Notes: generated by a model not told the origin, from the letters alone. Shown: positions 16,760-26,431, numbered from the stretch's first letter. The stretch: DNA of 44,433 nucleotides from Fibrobacteria bacterium (GCA_041746255.1 JBGTHM010000110.1:1-44433), one strand, 5' to 3'. Numbers and translations are program-made.

Positions 16760-18550
16760 CTACTGATGGGGTCTGTCCTGCGCCGGACTTTGCGCACGTG
16801 AAAGGTTCAGCGCCGTATTGATTAACCCCACATGGGAAAAGGCCTGGGGGAAATTTCCCAATAGACGTTTGCCTTTCGTATCGTATTCCTCGGATAGCAA
16901 ACCGACGTCGTTGCGAACCGACAATAATTTTTCAAACATTTCCTGGGCTTCACTCAGACGACCTTGCAAAATCAAATTATCGACCAACCAAAATGAGCAT
17001 AAAATAAACGAACCTTCTCCCGTGGGAAGCCCATCGACTTCTTCGCTGCTCCGGTATCGATCGACGAAGCCGTTATGGACCAGTCCCTTTTCGATGGCAT
17101 CCACGGTACCCAGCATGCGCGGATCGTCGGCGGGGATGAATCCGACCAGGGGCAGCATCAATAGGCTGGCATCCAGATCTTTCGAGCCGTAGAACTGTAC
17201 GAAGGAATTCAGATCCGGATCGAACCCCTTTTCATGAACCTGTCGGTGAATTTTTTCCCGCATTTCTCGCCAGCGTTCCACCGGACCTTTGAGCCCGAAC
17301 TCTTCCACCCCTTTTATCGCCCTATCCACGGCTACCCAGGCCATGACTTTTGAATGGGTAAAGTGACGCTGTGGGCCGCGCACCTCCCAAATCCCCTCGT
17401 CGGGTTTTTCCCAATCCCTTTCCAGAAACTCCATAATTCCCAATTGCATTCGCCAAGTGTCCACGGTGGGATCGAGCCCCTCCCTGCGGGCCAGATGCAA
17501 GGAATCCATCACCTCGCCGTATACATCGAGCTGATGCTGCTTATAGGCCTGATTTCCAATGCGCACGGGTTTCGAATCTTCATATCCATCCAGCCAGTCC
17601 AATTCCAATTCGTGCAACCGTCTTTCTCCGGCCAAACCATACATGATATGCATTTCGGAAGGTTTTCCGGCCACGGAATTGACCAGCCATTCGCGCCAGG
17701 CATGTGCTTCTCCCTTATAGCCTCCGTTCAGAAAGGCGTATAAGGTGAAGGTGGCGTCGCGCAACCAGCAATATCGATAGTCCCAATTGCGGGAGCTTCC
17801 GATTTTCTCGGGGAGCGAGGTGGTGACGGCGGCGACTATCCCGCCTGTGGGAGCGTAACTCATGGCTTTGAGGGCAATCAGGGACCGCATGACGGCTTCT
17901 TTCCACTCACCCTGATAGGTGCACTTCAAGGACCATTCCGACCACCACGATTCCGTGTGCTTCAGGCTGGGTAAAACTTCGTGCGGGTTGGGAATTTCCC
18001 CATAGGTCGGCGCATACGCCAGTTCAAAAGGAATATCTTCCCCTTCGCGGACGGTGAAATCGGATACGGTGTGCATATTTTCACCGTGTAAAGGAGCCGG
18101 GGTCCAGAGAAAAAGGGAGTCGGGTCCGGCGGTGGCGCGGATTCCGCCATCGATGCGTTGCACCCAGGGAACCACCCAGCCATAGTCTAAGCGGATAGTG
18201 AGATCCATGCGCATTCTCACCTTGCCTTTAATGCCTCTAACCAGGCGGATGAGGTCGGGCCCCTCGGTGCGGGGAGGCATCCAATCGATGATTTGTACTT
18301 CTCCTTCATCGGTCGTGAAAGTAGTCTCCAAAACCAGGGTGTCCCCCCGGTAACGGCGCCGAATCGCACGGATATTTCCAGCCGGGGCGATGAGCCAGCG
18401 ACCATTTTCGGGTTTACCCAATAGCGATGCGAAGCAGGCGCCCGAATCGAAGCGGGGAAAGCACAGCCAATCGATGGACCCGTCTTTTCCGACCAGCGCT
18501 CCCGTCTGACAATCCCCGATCAGGGCATAATCTTCAATTCGCAACGCCAT
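16760..18550 (-). CDS. Glycoside hydrolase family 15 (trehalase/glucoamylase-like)
   Basis: IEDYALIGD, DGSIDWLCFPRFDS, RNWDYRYCWLRD, GIWEVRG, LLSEEYD and GNFPQAFSH. No signal peptide. Confidence 0.95.
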   Translation of the reverse strand: MALRIEDYALIGDCQTGALVGKDGSIDWLCFPRFDSGACFASLLGKPENGRWLIAPAGNIRAIRRRYRGDTLVLETTFTTDEGEVQIIDWMPPRTEGPDLIRLVRGIKGKVRMRMDLTIRLDYGWVVPWVQRIDGGIRATAGPDSLFLWTPAPLHGENMHTVSDFTVREGEDIPFELAYAPTYGEIPNPHEVLPSLKHTESWWSEWSLKCTYQGEWKEAVMRSLIALKAMSYAPTGGIVAAVTTSLPEKIGSSRNWDYRYCWLRDATFTLYAFLNGGYKGEAHAWREWLVNSVAGKPSEMHIMYGLAGERRLHELELDWLDGYEDSKPVRIGNQAYKQHQLDVYGEVMDSLHLARREGLDPTVDTWRMQLGIMEFLERDWEKPDEGIWEVRGPQRHFTHSKVMAWVAVDRAIKGVEEFGLKGPVERWREMREKIHRQVHEKGFDPDLNSFVQFYGSKDLDASLLMLPLVGFIPADDPRMLGTVDAIEKGLVHNGFVDRYRSSEEVDGLPTGEGSFILCSFWLVDNLILQGRLSEAQEMFEKLLSVRNDVGLLSEEYDTKGKRLLGNFPQAFSHVGLINTALNLSRAQSPAQDRPHQ

Positions 18551-18632
18551 AGCGTCTTTCCTTTAAATACCCTGTGTTTAAATCAAAGAAGGTAAATCCA
18601 GCGAGTGGATCCAGCTTTTTCGGGGTGATTTT

Positions 18633-20129
18633 TTAAGGAAGAGGTAAACGCTTCCCGTCTGTGAGAAAGCGCGCGGCGTCCCAACTTAACCAGGCGTTCC
18701 GGGCCTTACGGGTGGAAGAGGCGGAAGTTTGCAGGGAAGCGTTTGCAACGGCGGCGACTCCCTGGAGCGCTCGGTTCTTCTGCAACAAAGATGCGGGAGT
18801 TACGAATTGGACGGCGCCAATATCTATTGAGGTATTTCGAATTAAACCTGTCCAGTCGACACCTGCTTTTCCCGCTTCCAATAAAACCCCTTTTCCCAAT
18901 GCCGACGTGGCATCGGGTTTGAGCCCAAAATTTCTTTGCCCCGGGTTTATCAACAAATCCGGCGAAGCCCCCTCCAGGTTACCAGCCAATTCAGCTCTTG
19001 CGCCATCGCGCGCCAGAATACGGTGTGAACAAAGGTTGTTCTTGATGGCCACGCGGGTATCCGGCCAGCGGTATTCTATGCTGTTGAAAGGTTCGTCCTC
19101 CGCCATCACGGTGTTGTGGTAGACTTCCGCATCCTTCACCTGCATGATTTCAATTCCGGTTTCCAGCCTATACCCACGGGCATTGTATATGATATTGTTA
19201 CGCACCATGCCGCCGATATGGTCGAAATAAGGCTGCTCACCCGCCCCGTCGTCATAACGGCGCACCAGGTCATCCCACGGAGCGTTCTTCATGCCTAACC
19301 CGATGCCGCGCCAACAGTTTTCGAAATAGTTGTTTTCGATCAGGCTGCCGCGGCTTTTGCTCCAAATATGAACGGCATGTTCCATGGGTTTGTTTCCACG
19401 CCAAATATTCCGGAAGGTGTTGCCACGAATCACCCAGTTCCGCCCACCGTGAATATCCACCCCCCCGGTGTAATAAATGTCATTTCCCTCCAAGTAGTGC
19501 ATGACGGAAGTATTGCGAAACTCCACCAGCGAGCATTCCAAAATGCCGTCATCGACCCAATGCAGCTGTTGTACGCGCCCATTGGAATTGACCTTGATGA
19601 GTTGCTGTCCGCAATCATAGACATTGATATTGCGCAGCCGCAGATTTCGCGACGGTCCATCGACGGGCGCAGAGGCGTGGATTCCGTGGTCGCGCGCATA
19701 GCGGATGGTGAGATCCGCCACCGTGATATCCGATCCTTGAATAGACAATACCTCCGGCACGAAATTTTCCCGCTGTAAAGGCATGCCTCCCCGGTTTCCG
19801 TCTAGAATGACTTTTTCCCGATTCCCACTTTTCGAGCGGACAACAATTCCATTGGCGCGAATCCATACGTTCGAACTTATGGAATAAGTTCCGTCTTTAA
19901 GCAGGAAAGTGGTTCCCGCCTTGGCGCTGCCCAAAGCAGCTGTGATATCGTCTCCGGGGGAAAGCTCGACTTGGTTAGAGTTCGGGTCGACCCATTGAGG
20001 GCAGGCATACTCCGAGCGTGCGAGGCTCTGTCCAAGCACCAGGAATAGCAGGGCGGCTGCATAACCGGTTGCAAAAATTGAGCGGCTCTGAGACCGGGAA
20101 GATCGCAATTGAATCGGGATATGTGGCAT
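18633..20129 (-). CDS. Secreted right-handed parallel beta-helix protein (pectate-lyase-like fold)
   Basis: Hydrophobic signal, LKDGTY cap, repeated N-ladder motifs (IRGNTFRN, IENNYFEN, VRNNIIYN, VYHNT), DIGA end motif and basic C-terminal tail. Start set at ATG 20129. Confidence 0.8.
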   Translation of the reverse strand: MPHIPIQLRSSRSQSRSIFATGYAAALLFLVLGQSLARSEYACPQWVDPNSNQVELSPGDDITAALGSAKAGTTFLLKDGTYSISSNVWIRANGIVVRSKSGNREKVILDGNRGGMPLQRENFVPEVLSIQGSDITVADLTIRYARDHGIHASAPVDGPSRNLRLRNINVYDCGQQLIKVNSNGRVQQLHWVDDGILECSLVEFRNTSVMHYLEGNDIYYTGGVDIHGGRNWVIRGNTFRNIWRGNKPMEHAVHIWSKSRGSLIENNYFENCWRGIGLGMKNAPWDDLVRRYDDGAGEQPYFDHIGGMVRNNIIYNARGYRLETGIEIMQVKDAEVYHNTVMAEDEPFNSIEYRWPDTRVAIKNNLCSHRILARDGARAELAGNLEGASPDLLINPGQRNFGLKPDATSALGKGVLLEAGKAGVDWTGLIRNTSIDIGAVQFVTPASLLQKNRALQGVAAVANASLQTSASSTRKARNAWLSWDAARFLTDGKRLPLP

Positions 20130-20151
20130 GTCCGGGCTTTCTTGCCGTCCG

Positions 20152-21969
20152 TTAAGGGCTTTCAAAAGGTCCAATATCCCATTGCGCCGTACCGCGTTCC
20201 CGACCCAACAGGTCGAACCAAGGGCCCAGGTCCGGAAGGATTCCCGCCCCACTGCGCCCGGCCTCCTTGACCGGACCGGCTGAAGCTTGCGAAAAAAGGG
20301 TCACCACATCATGATATTCCCTGGAATCGGGCGTAGGCAATTGGGGATTTTCGAATACCGCTCCCGGTTCCTGTAAGGGAGGGTAATAGCCCCCGGGAAT
20401 CGTTTCTCCCCGATTGAAATAGAGATTGTGCTCGGACACGAAATTTTCGAGTCGGCTTTCGACGCTCATGAATTGTGCGGGCATGGAGGTGACAACGTTC
20501 GCGAAAACGTTGTTGAACATCCGGATATCCCGGCTGCCCCCTTCCATGTCCGTACCGATGCCAAGGGTGGCGTGGATGATGCCGCGCAAATCGCGGTCGC
20601 CCCGGCAATCCAAAAAGAGATTGTTGTGAATGAAAGCATTTTTTACGCTGAGGAACGACAGGGCGCCGGTCGCACTGTTCAGAACGATATTGTTCCGAAT
20701 CGTTATATCTTCCGCTTCAAAAGCGAATTTCCCCTCTTCCGGATTTCCTCCGCCTCCGAGCACAAAAACGGGATCTCCCTGATCGCCGGCATGTTCCAAA
20801 ACGACGTTGGCTTCAAGGAGTACGTGGCGGCTCCCACCCCGGGCCGCGACATGGTATCGCGATGAGGTCCCTTTGAAAAGGTTTTGACGCACCACCACGC
20901 CTTCGGAATTCAGGATGTCAATGCTTCCTTCGTTCCCGTATTGGGATGATCCGGGATTATGGATTACGGAGCGAAGGATTTTGATATTGCGCGCTCCGTT
21001 TATCTGTACGCAGTCTCCGTTTTGACCCGCGTGATGAATATGACAATTTATGAAAGAGATGTGTTCGGAACCCCCATGGATTTGCACCAAATTCCCTGCC
21101 AACAAGGGTCCGGCGATTTCCAAGCCTTCGAAGATGATCCCCCGGCTGGAGTGGATATTGAACCCCTGGCCCAAGAGGAAACGTGCGCCCTGTTCGCGCA
21201 CGGATTTCACCACCACGGGATTGTCAGCGGGAAATTCCAGGCCCGATAACCAACTGGTCAATTGATAAACTCCATCATCCAGCCAGAGGGTATCGCCGGC
21301 CGAGGCCTTTCCCAGGGCGGAAAGCAGGTCTTGTCCCAACTGTAAAGTATCGGAAGGGAGGAAGCGGACGTCCTCAAAACTCGGCCCTTCGGAGTGGGTC
21401 TTCCCGGCCCGGGTGTCGAAAGTCTTCAAATCCAATTTACCCGGCGGAAGCAACGGTAGCTGCAAGGTATCGCCTTGGGGAATAGGAACCTGAATATCGG
21501 TTCCGGGTACATACACCACCAGCCCTGGCCGCCAATCGAGCGATTTGAGGGAAATGGTGGCGGCTGCCGGTGATTGAAGGCTGTCTTCGAACACGAGCGA
21601 ATCCAAGGTCGCCACTGCGAAGTCTCCCCGGTAGATCCATTTGCCGGAGATCGGATCGAAACCGCTCAAGGTATACCGCGAATCACCGATTTTACCTCGG
21701 AAGGCATAGGAACCGTCAGCTTGGGTGACGCTCTTCAATTCAGTACCCCTGTTCTTTCCAGCGAGAGGGTTGAATTCCGAGCTGCGCAGCGCGACCGTCA
21801 TGCCCGGTACGGGGGCACCGTCGGTATGGTGTACGATGCCGGCGATTTGCGCTTCACCGCCGGATCCGGTACCTGACACATCACTTCCCTGCGGATTGTT
21901 GGCTAAGCACCCGACAAGATAAAGTGGGTAAAGCCAGGGGATGATGCGAAGCATTTTCCCAATCATCAC
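20152..21969 (-). CDS. Lipoprotein with N-terminal carboxypeptidase-regulatory-like domain and C-terminal beta-helix domain
   Basis: Lipobox LVGC; IAGIVHHTDGAPVPGMTVALR...TQADGSYAF; AGDTLWLDDGVY; beta-helix repeats (IRNNIVLN, IHNNLF, MFNNVF); WDIGPFE terminus. Confidence 0.8.
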   Translation of the reverse strand: MMIGKMLRIIPWLYPLYLVGCLANNPQGSDVSGTGSGGEAQIAGIVHHTDGAPVPGMTVALRSSEFNPLAGKNRGTELKSVTQADGSYAFRGKIGDSRYTLSGFDPISGKWIYRGDFAVATLDSLVFEDSLQSPAAATISLKSLDWRPGLVVYVPGTDIQVPIPQGDTLQLPLLPPGKLDLKTFDTRAGKTHSEGPSFEDVRFLPSDTLQLGQDLLSALGKASAGDTLWLDDGVYQLTSWLSGLEFPADNPVVVKSVREQGARFLLGQGFNIHSSRGIIFEGLEIAGPLLAGNLVQIHGGSEHISFINCHIHHAGQNGDCVQINGARNIKILRSVIHNPGSSQYGNEGSIDILNSEGVVVRQNLFKGTSSRYHVAARGGSRHVLLEANVVLEHAGDQGDPVFVLGGGGNPEEGKFAFEAEDITIRNNIVLNSATGALSFLSVKNAFIHNNLFLDCRGDRDLRGIIHATLGIGTDMEGGSRDIRMFNNVFANVVTSMPAQFMSVESRLENFVSEHNLYFNRGETIPGGYYPPLQEPGAVFENPQLPTPDSREYHDVVTLFSQASAGPVKEAGRSGAGILPDLGPWFDLLGRERGTAQWDIGPFESP

Positions 21970-22904
21970 GCTTCGTCCTCCGGGAGTTCCAAATCCTTAT
22001 CCTCGCCTTCCGCGAAGGCTCCGTCTTCCATTCCGAAGTCCTCTTCGTTCCGGGAAGCATGCGCTTCGGATATGGCTTCATCTTCGGGCAGTAAAACCTG
22101 GGAAACCGGAAAAATCTGCATATTGACCTGAAAAACCCGCTCGGCCCTGTCGGCTTCGGCGATGGCATATAACCTTTTCCGGAAATGGCGCGCTTCCTCA
22201 ATCGCTTCGGCCAAGCCGTCACGTGAAAGGCTCACCGTAGTCCAGGAAAGATGTCTTTCCTCCCTGGGAAAACGATCGAGGGCCTCGCGGGCCAATCCCA
22301 GGGTATCCAATACAAAATTATTCACCGCTACCGCCGGTGCGCGCGTGCCGGAATCGAGAATCAAATTGGTCGGACGGTAATAGCCATTCTCATCCTTGGC
22401 CACCAATTGCAATTGCACCAGCAACTCGACCGATTTGCGGGTTTCTTCCGCGGTGATGGCAGGAATCACTAGTTTTCCAATGGTTTCATATTCATCACGG
22501 AAATCATGCCGTTCCAGCAAAGCCCGTATTACGGAATGATGCCATTTCTCATAATAGGAGTATTGCGCCGCATGGACTTGATACACCGAGGATTCTTTGA
22601 AAGCGGCCATGCGTTTGAAATGGCGTTTTTTGTCTTCATGGTTCTTGGCCTGGTTATACAGCACCATTTCTATCCAATATTCGCGTTCGCGCTTTTTCAA
22701 CTTGCACAGTTCGGAAAGTTTCATGGCCAGGGGAAGCGAGATATGCGCCTTCCCCTGAAAAATCAGCGAAAGGTGGCCGGTGGATTTGATGGCGGTTTTA
22801 TTGCAGATATAGCGATAGGAAAAGTTATGGCTTATGGACTTGCGGTCCGCATAATATTCGCGCAGAAACTGATGATAATCAGTATAGTCGAAAACGGATT
22901 TCAT
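21966..22904 (-). CDS. TIGR02147 family protein (N-terminal HTH-like region, C-terminal DUF4423-like domain)
   Basis: MKSVFDYTDYHQFLREYY...FSYRY, YYEKWHHSVIRAL, AREALDRFPREERHLS and VFQVNMQIFPVS match the recalled family profile. GGAG RBS before ATG 22904. Confidence 0.88.
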   Translation of the reverse strand: MKSVFDYTDYHQFLREYYADRKSISHNFSYRYICNKTAIKSTGHLSLIFQGKAHISLPLAMKLSELCKLKKREREYWIEMVLYNQAKNHEDKKRHFKRMAAFKESSVYQVHAAQYSYYEKWHHSVIRALLERHDFRDEYETIGKLVIPAITAEETRKSVELLVQLQLVAKDENGYYRPTNLILDSGTRAPAVAVNNFVLDTLGLAREALDRFPREERHLSWTTVSLSRDGLAEAIEEARHFRKRLYAIAEADRAERVFQVNMQIFPVSQVLLPEDEAISEAHASRNEEDFGMEDGAFAEGEDKDLELPEDEA

Positions 22905-23062
22905 GCGCTTGCTCCGCGGAATAAAAGGTGCGGAATTAAGGTAATGCGAAAAGTGGAAATTTTCCCGGAAAGTTCGGCTCAAATTTCGAAAAATGTTTTA
23001 GTGCCTGTTCTATTTTAAGAGGAGGTAGACCATTTTTTCGTGCCGGGACGGAAATCTTGGGG

Positions 23063-23097
23063 ATGCATAACCCTTTAATTAATAAAGAGTTATGTAT
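23063..23097. promoter_or_regulatory. AT-rich inverted repeat upstream of the TIGR02147 gene (candidate operator)
   Basis: ATGCATAACCCTTTA-ATTAA-TAAAGAGTTATGTAT; arms complementary at 13 of 15 positions. Confidence 0.45.
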
Positions 23098-23197
23098 TCG
23101 TGCGAGGGGATTTTTTCCCCTCTTTCGCTTTAAAAAGAATGGAGGTTCGGTTTTTTGAGCTCGGGGAGATAAAGCCCTGTTTGAGTCCGACGCCCTT

Positions 23198-25024
23198 TTA
23201 TTCCACCGTCACCGACTTGGCGAGATTACGCGGGGTGTCGACATCGCATCCGCGGAGAACCGCGATATGATAGGCCAACAGTTGCAAGGGGATTACCGTC
23301 AGCAAGGGCGTCAGTACGCGCAGGGTTTTGGGAATCCGTATGATATGGTCCGCAATTCTCCGCAAATCATCGGAATCGTCGTCAGTGATGGCCAATATTC
23401 GACCTCCACGCGCTTTCACTTCCTGCATATTGGAGAGCACTTTGTCGAAAAGCGAATCGGTGGGAGCGATGACCACAGTGGGCATATTCGCGTCAATCAA
23501 GGCAATGGGACCATGCTTCATTTCGGCGGCGGGATAGCCCTCGGCGTGGATGTAAGAAATCTCCTTTAGCTTAAGAGCGCCTTCCAATGCGACCGGATAA
23601 TTGTAGCCTCGCCCCAAGTAGAGAAAATTGGTGGCCTTGCCGTATTGCCCGGCGATTTCCTTAATGTGCTCGTTTAACTGGAGAATTTCGCGTACTTGGT
23701 CCGGTATTTTCTGCAGGGCCTGACAGAATTTCCGGCCTTCATCCACCGAAAGACGGCGCATGCGGCCCAATAGCAAAGCCAAAAGGGTCAATACCGTAAC
23801 TTGGCAGGTAAAAGCCTTGGTGGAGGCCACCCCGATTTCGGGTCCGGCATGCAAGTAGACGCCGCCGTCGGTCTCACGCGCAATCGAACTTCCCACCGAA
23901 TTGCAAATTCCCAGCACGGTGGCGCCTTTATGTTTGGCTTCGCGTAAGGCTGCGAGGGTGTCCGCGGTTTCTCCGGATTGCGAAATGCATAAAACGATGG
24001 TCTTGTCGGGCATGATGGGATTGCGATATCGGAATTCCGAAGCGTATTCCACTTCGACCGGTACACCTGCCAATTCCTCGATGATGTATTCGCCGACTTT
24101 TCCCGCATAATAGGACGTGCCGCAAGCCACGATGATAATGCGCTTGAGGCTTCGCAATTCCTGCTGAACGAGGTTGAGGCCGCTTAAACGCGCGGTGCCG
24201 AAGTCGTAAACCAGACGGCCGCGCATGGAGTTTATGATGGCGTCCGGCTGCTCGAAAATCTCCTTGAGCATGAAGTGATCGAAATTTCCCTTGGCGGCGG
24301 CCTCGGCGCTGTATTCGATGTTCTGGACTTCGCGGCTTACTTCCACTTCGCTTGAATTCGTAATCTTGTAAGTACCGTTCATCTCGACCATATCGTTGTC
24401 GTCGAGATAAATCACCTTCTTGGTATGTTCGACAATAGCGGCTACATCCGAGGCAAGATAGAGTTCGTTATTTTCTCCTACACCCATTACCAAAGGGCTG
24501 CCGCGTCTCGCGCCGACGAGTACGCCGGGCTCATGGGAGCTTACGACCACGATTCCGAATGCGCCTTCGAGTAATTGCATGGTTTCGGCTACGGCCCTCC
24601 CCAGATTTCCCTTATAAAGCTTGCAAACCAATTGCGCTATCACTTCGGTATCGGTTTCCGAAGCGAATTTGATGCCCTCGGATTCCAGACGCTGCTTAAG
24701 TATTCCGTAATTTTCGATGATGCCATTGTGCACCACGGCGAATTTGCCGTCCCAGCTCAAATGCGGGTGGGCATTTTCCACGGAAGGAGCGCCATGGGTG
24801 GCCCAGCGGGTATGCCCGATTCCGGTGGTGCCTTGCAAGGGAGTCTGCCCCACTTCATTTTCCAGTTCGCACAATTTTCCTTTGGCACGGGCCAATTCAA
24901 GACCTTTACCGTTTTGTATGCAAATGCCCGCGCTGTCATAACCGCGGTATTCCAAGGTTCTAAGCCCGTCTATCAGGATTTGCTGGGCGGGCCTGGTTCC
25001 GCTATAGGCGACTATGCCGCACAT
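23198..25024 (-). CDS. glmS: Glutamine--fructose-6-phosphate aminotransferase
   Basis: MCGI N-terminal nucleophile, GHTRWATHG, SQSGETADT, RNLAKSVTVE. Confidence 0.98.
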   Translation of the reverse strand: MCGIVAYSGTRPAQQILIDGLRTLEYRGYDSAGICIQNGKGLELARAKGKLCELENEVGQTPLQGTTGIGHTRWATHGAPSVENAHPHLSWDGKFAVVHNGIIENYGILKQRLESEGIKFASETDTEVIAQLVCKLYKGNLGRAVAETMQLLEGAFGIVVVSSHEPGVLVGARRGSPLVMGVGENNELYLASDVAAIVEHTKKVIYLDDNDMVEMNGTYKITNSSEVEVSREVQNIEYSAEAAAKGNFDHFMLKEIFEQPDAIINSMRGRLVYDFGTARLSGLNLVQQELRSLKRIIIVACGTSYYAGKVGEYIIEELAGVPVEVEYASEFRYRNPIMPDKTIVLCISQSGETADTLAALREAKHKGATVLGICNSVGSSIARETDGGVYLHAGPEIGVASTKAFTCQVTVLTLLALLLGRMRRLSVDEGRKFCQALQKIPDQVREILQLNEHIKEIAGQYGKATNFLYLGRGYNYPVALEGALKLKEISYIHAEGYPAAEMKHGPIALIDANMPTVVIAPTDSLFDKVLSNMQEVKARGGRILAITDDDSDDLRRIADHIIRIPKTLRVLTPLLTVIPLQLLAYHIAVLRGCDVDTPRNLAKSVTVE

Positions 25025-25084
25025 ATTCTTTTCCTACTTTCCACTTTACGAGTATATCCGCCCGCGGCGGTGAGGCGACTTTCA

Positions 25085-26431
25085 TTAGGATTCCAACTCC
25101 ACCCGGATAAGCCGACACAACTCCTCCGCCTGAGCCCGGTCCGGTGCCTCGGCAATTACCCGGACTACGGGTTCGGTATTCGAAGGCCGCACGTGCACCC
25201 AGCTTTTCTCAAAGGCAAGGCGCATACCGTCTTGGTAGTCAATTTTGGCTCCGGGGATTTTTTTCTCCAATCTTGCATAGATATTCTGCAATGGTTGGCT
25301 ACCCAGGGTCAATTTGGTTTTTTCGATATGGTAGGGCACGATTTCCGCTGCAATGGCGGAAAGCGATTCGGTTCGCTCTGCCATCAGTTCCAGTATGAGC
25401 GCAATGGCCAGAATACCGTCACGTCCCAGGTGCAAGTCGGGAAGCATTACGCCGCCGTTTCCTTCGCCCCCGATTACGCTGCCATTTCGCTTCATAGCCA
25501 CCGCCACGTTGACTTCACCCACCTTGGTGCGTTCCACCGGAACGCCGTAGCCTTCGGCGATGTCTTCCACCATACGGCTGGTGGAGAGATTGACCGTGAC
25601 GGGGCCGGGTTTTCGGGATAAAATCAATAAGGTGGCCAGCGCCAGGGTATATTCTTCTCCAATGGCTCTTCCCTTATCGGTGACTAACGCCAGGCGGTCG
25701 GCATCGGGGTCGGTAGAGAAACCGACATCGCACTTTTCCTGGAGAACGAGGTCTTCCAGTTCGCGCAAATTCTCGGAGGTCGGCTCCGGATTACGCGGGA
25801 AAATTCCGCTGGGCTCGGTGTAAATCGCCTTCATTTCGCATCCCAGCGCTTGCAGCAATTTGGGGACGATAAGGCTTCCCGCGCCATTCACGCCGTCATA
25901 TGCCACCTTGAAGCGCCGCGCCCGGATACGCGCCACATCCAATAGGGGTAATGCGAGAATTTTTTCAATATGATGCTCATCGCCTCCCAGGAATACCTGC
26001 ACCGGCTTGACTTGAGAATAGTCTTTCCAGACGAAGCGGCGTTGGTCGACGAGTTCGAAAAGCTGCTGAACCTCGTTCTCGTCCAGAAAAATACCTTCCG
26101 AAGTGAGAAACTTGAGGGCGTTCCATTCAATGGGATTATGCGACGCGGTTATGATGATACCCCCACCGGCATGCAGTTTTTCCACCAACAATTCGACGGT
26201 TGGAGTGCTGCTGATTCCGGTGAGTACCGGCTCGGCTCCCGCAGCCGCGCAGGCTCCGGCTACGATGTTCTCCACCATAACGCCCGTGGGTCGGGTATCG
26301 CGGCCGATCACCACTTTTTTCGCCCCGGTGAGTTGAACGAAAGCGTTTACGTATTCAGCCACCAGGCAGGGGGAGAAGCCCGGACCGACAATTCCGCGAA
26401 TTCCCGAAACCGAGCGCATGAGTACCGACAT
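25085..26431 (-). CDS. glmM: Phosphoglucosamine mutase (phosphohexomutase family)
   Basis: ITASHNP phosphoserine loop, DPDADR metal loop, GGEGNGG, RPSNTEP. Adjacent to glmS; AAAGGAG RBS. Confidence 0.88.
   Translation of the reverse strand: MSVLMRSVSGIRGIVGPGFSPCLVAEYVNAFVQLTGAKKVVIGRDTRPTGVMVENIVAGACAAAGAEPVLTGISSTPTVELLVEKLHAGGGIIITASHNPIEWNALKFLTSEGIFLDENEVQQLFELVDQRRFVWKDYSQVKPVQVFLGGDEHHIEKILALPLLDVARIRARRFKVAYDGVNGAGSLIVPKLLQALGCEMKAIYTEPSGIFPRNPEPTSENLRELEDLVLQEKCDVGFSTDPDADRLALVTDKGRAIGEEYTLALATLLILSRKPGPVTVNLSTSRMVEDIAEGYGVPVERTKVGEVNVAVAMKRNGSVIGGEGNGGVMLPDLHLGRDGILAIALILELMAERTESLSAIAAEIVPYHIEKTKLTLGSQPLQNIYARLEKKIPGAKIDYQDGMRLAFEKSWVHVRPSNTEPVVRVIAEAPDRAQAEELCRLIRVELES

Noticed and set aside
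25025..25084. Possible glmS ribozyme upstream of glmS
   Set aside because: Only 60 bp separate glmM and glmS, too short for the ribozyme, and its conserved core is not visible.
24575..25621. 348-aa + strand ORF, plus many other 100-280 aa antisense ORFs (e.g. 5817-6668, 32435-33262, 35628-36281)
   Set aside because: They lie antisense to well-supported genes and have no recognisable motifs; typical shadow ORFs of moderately GC-rich DNA.
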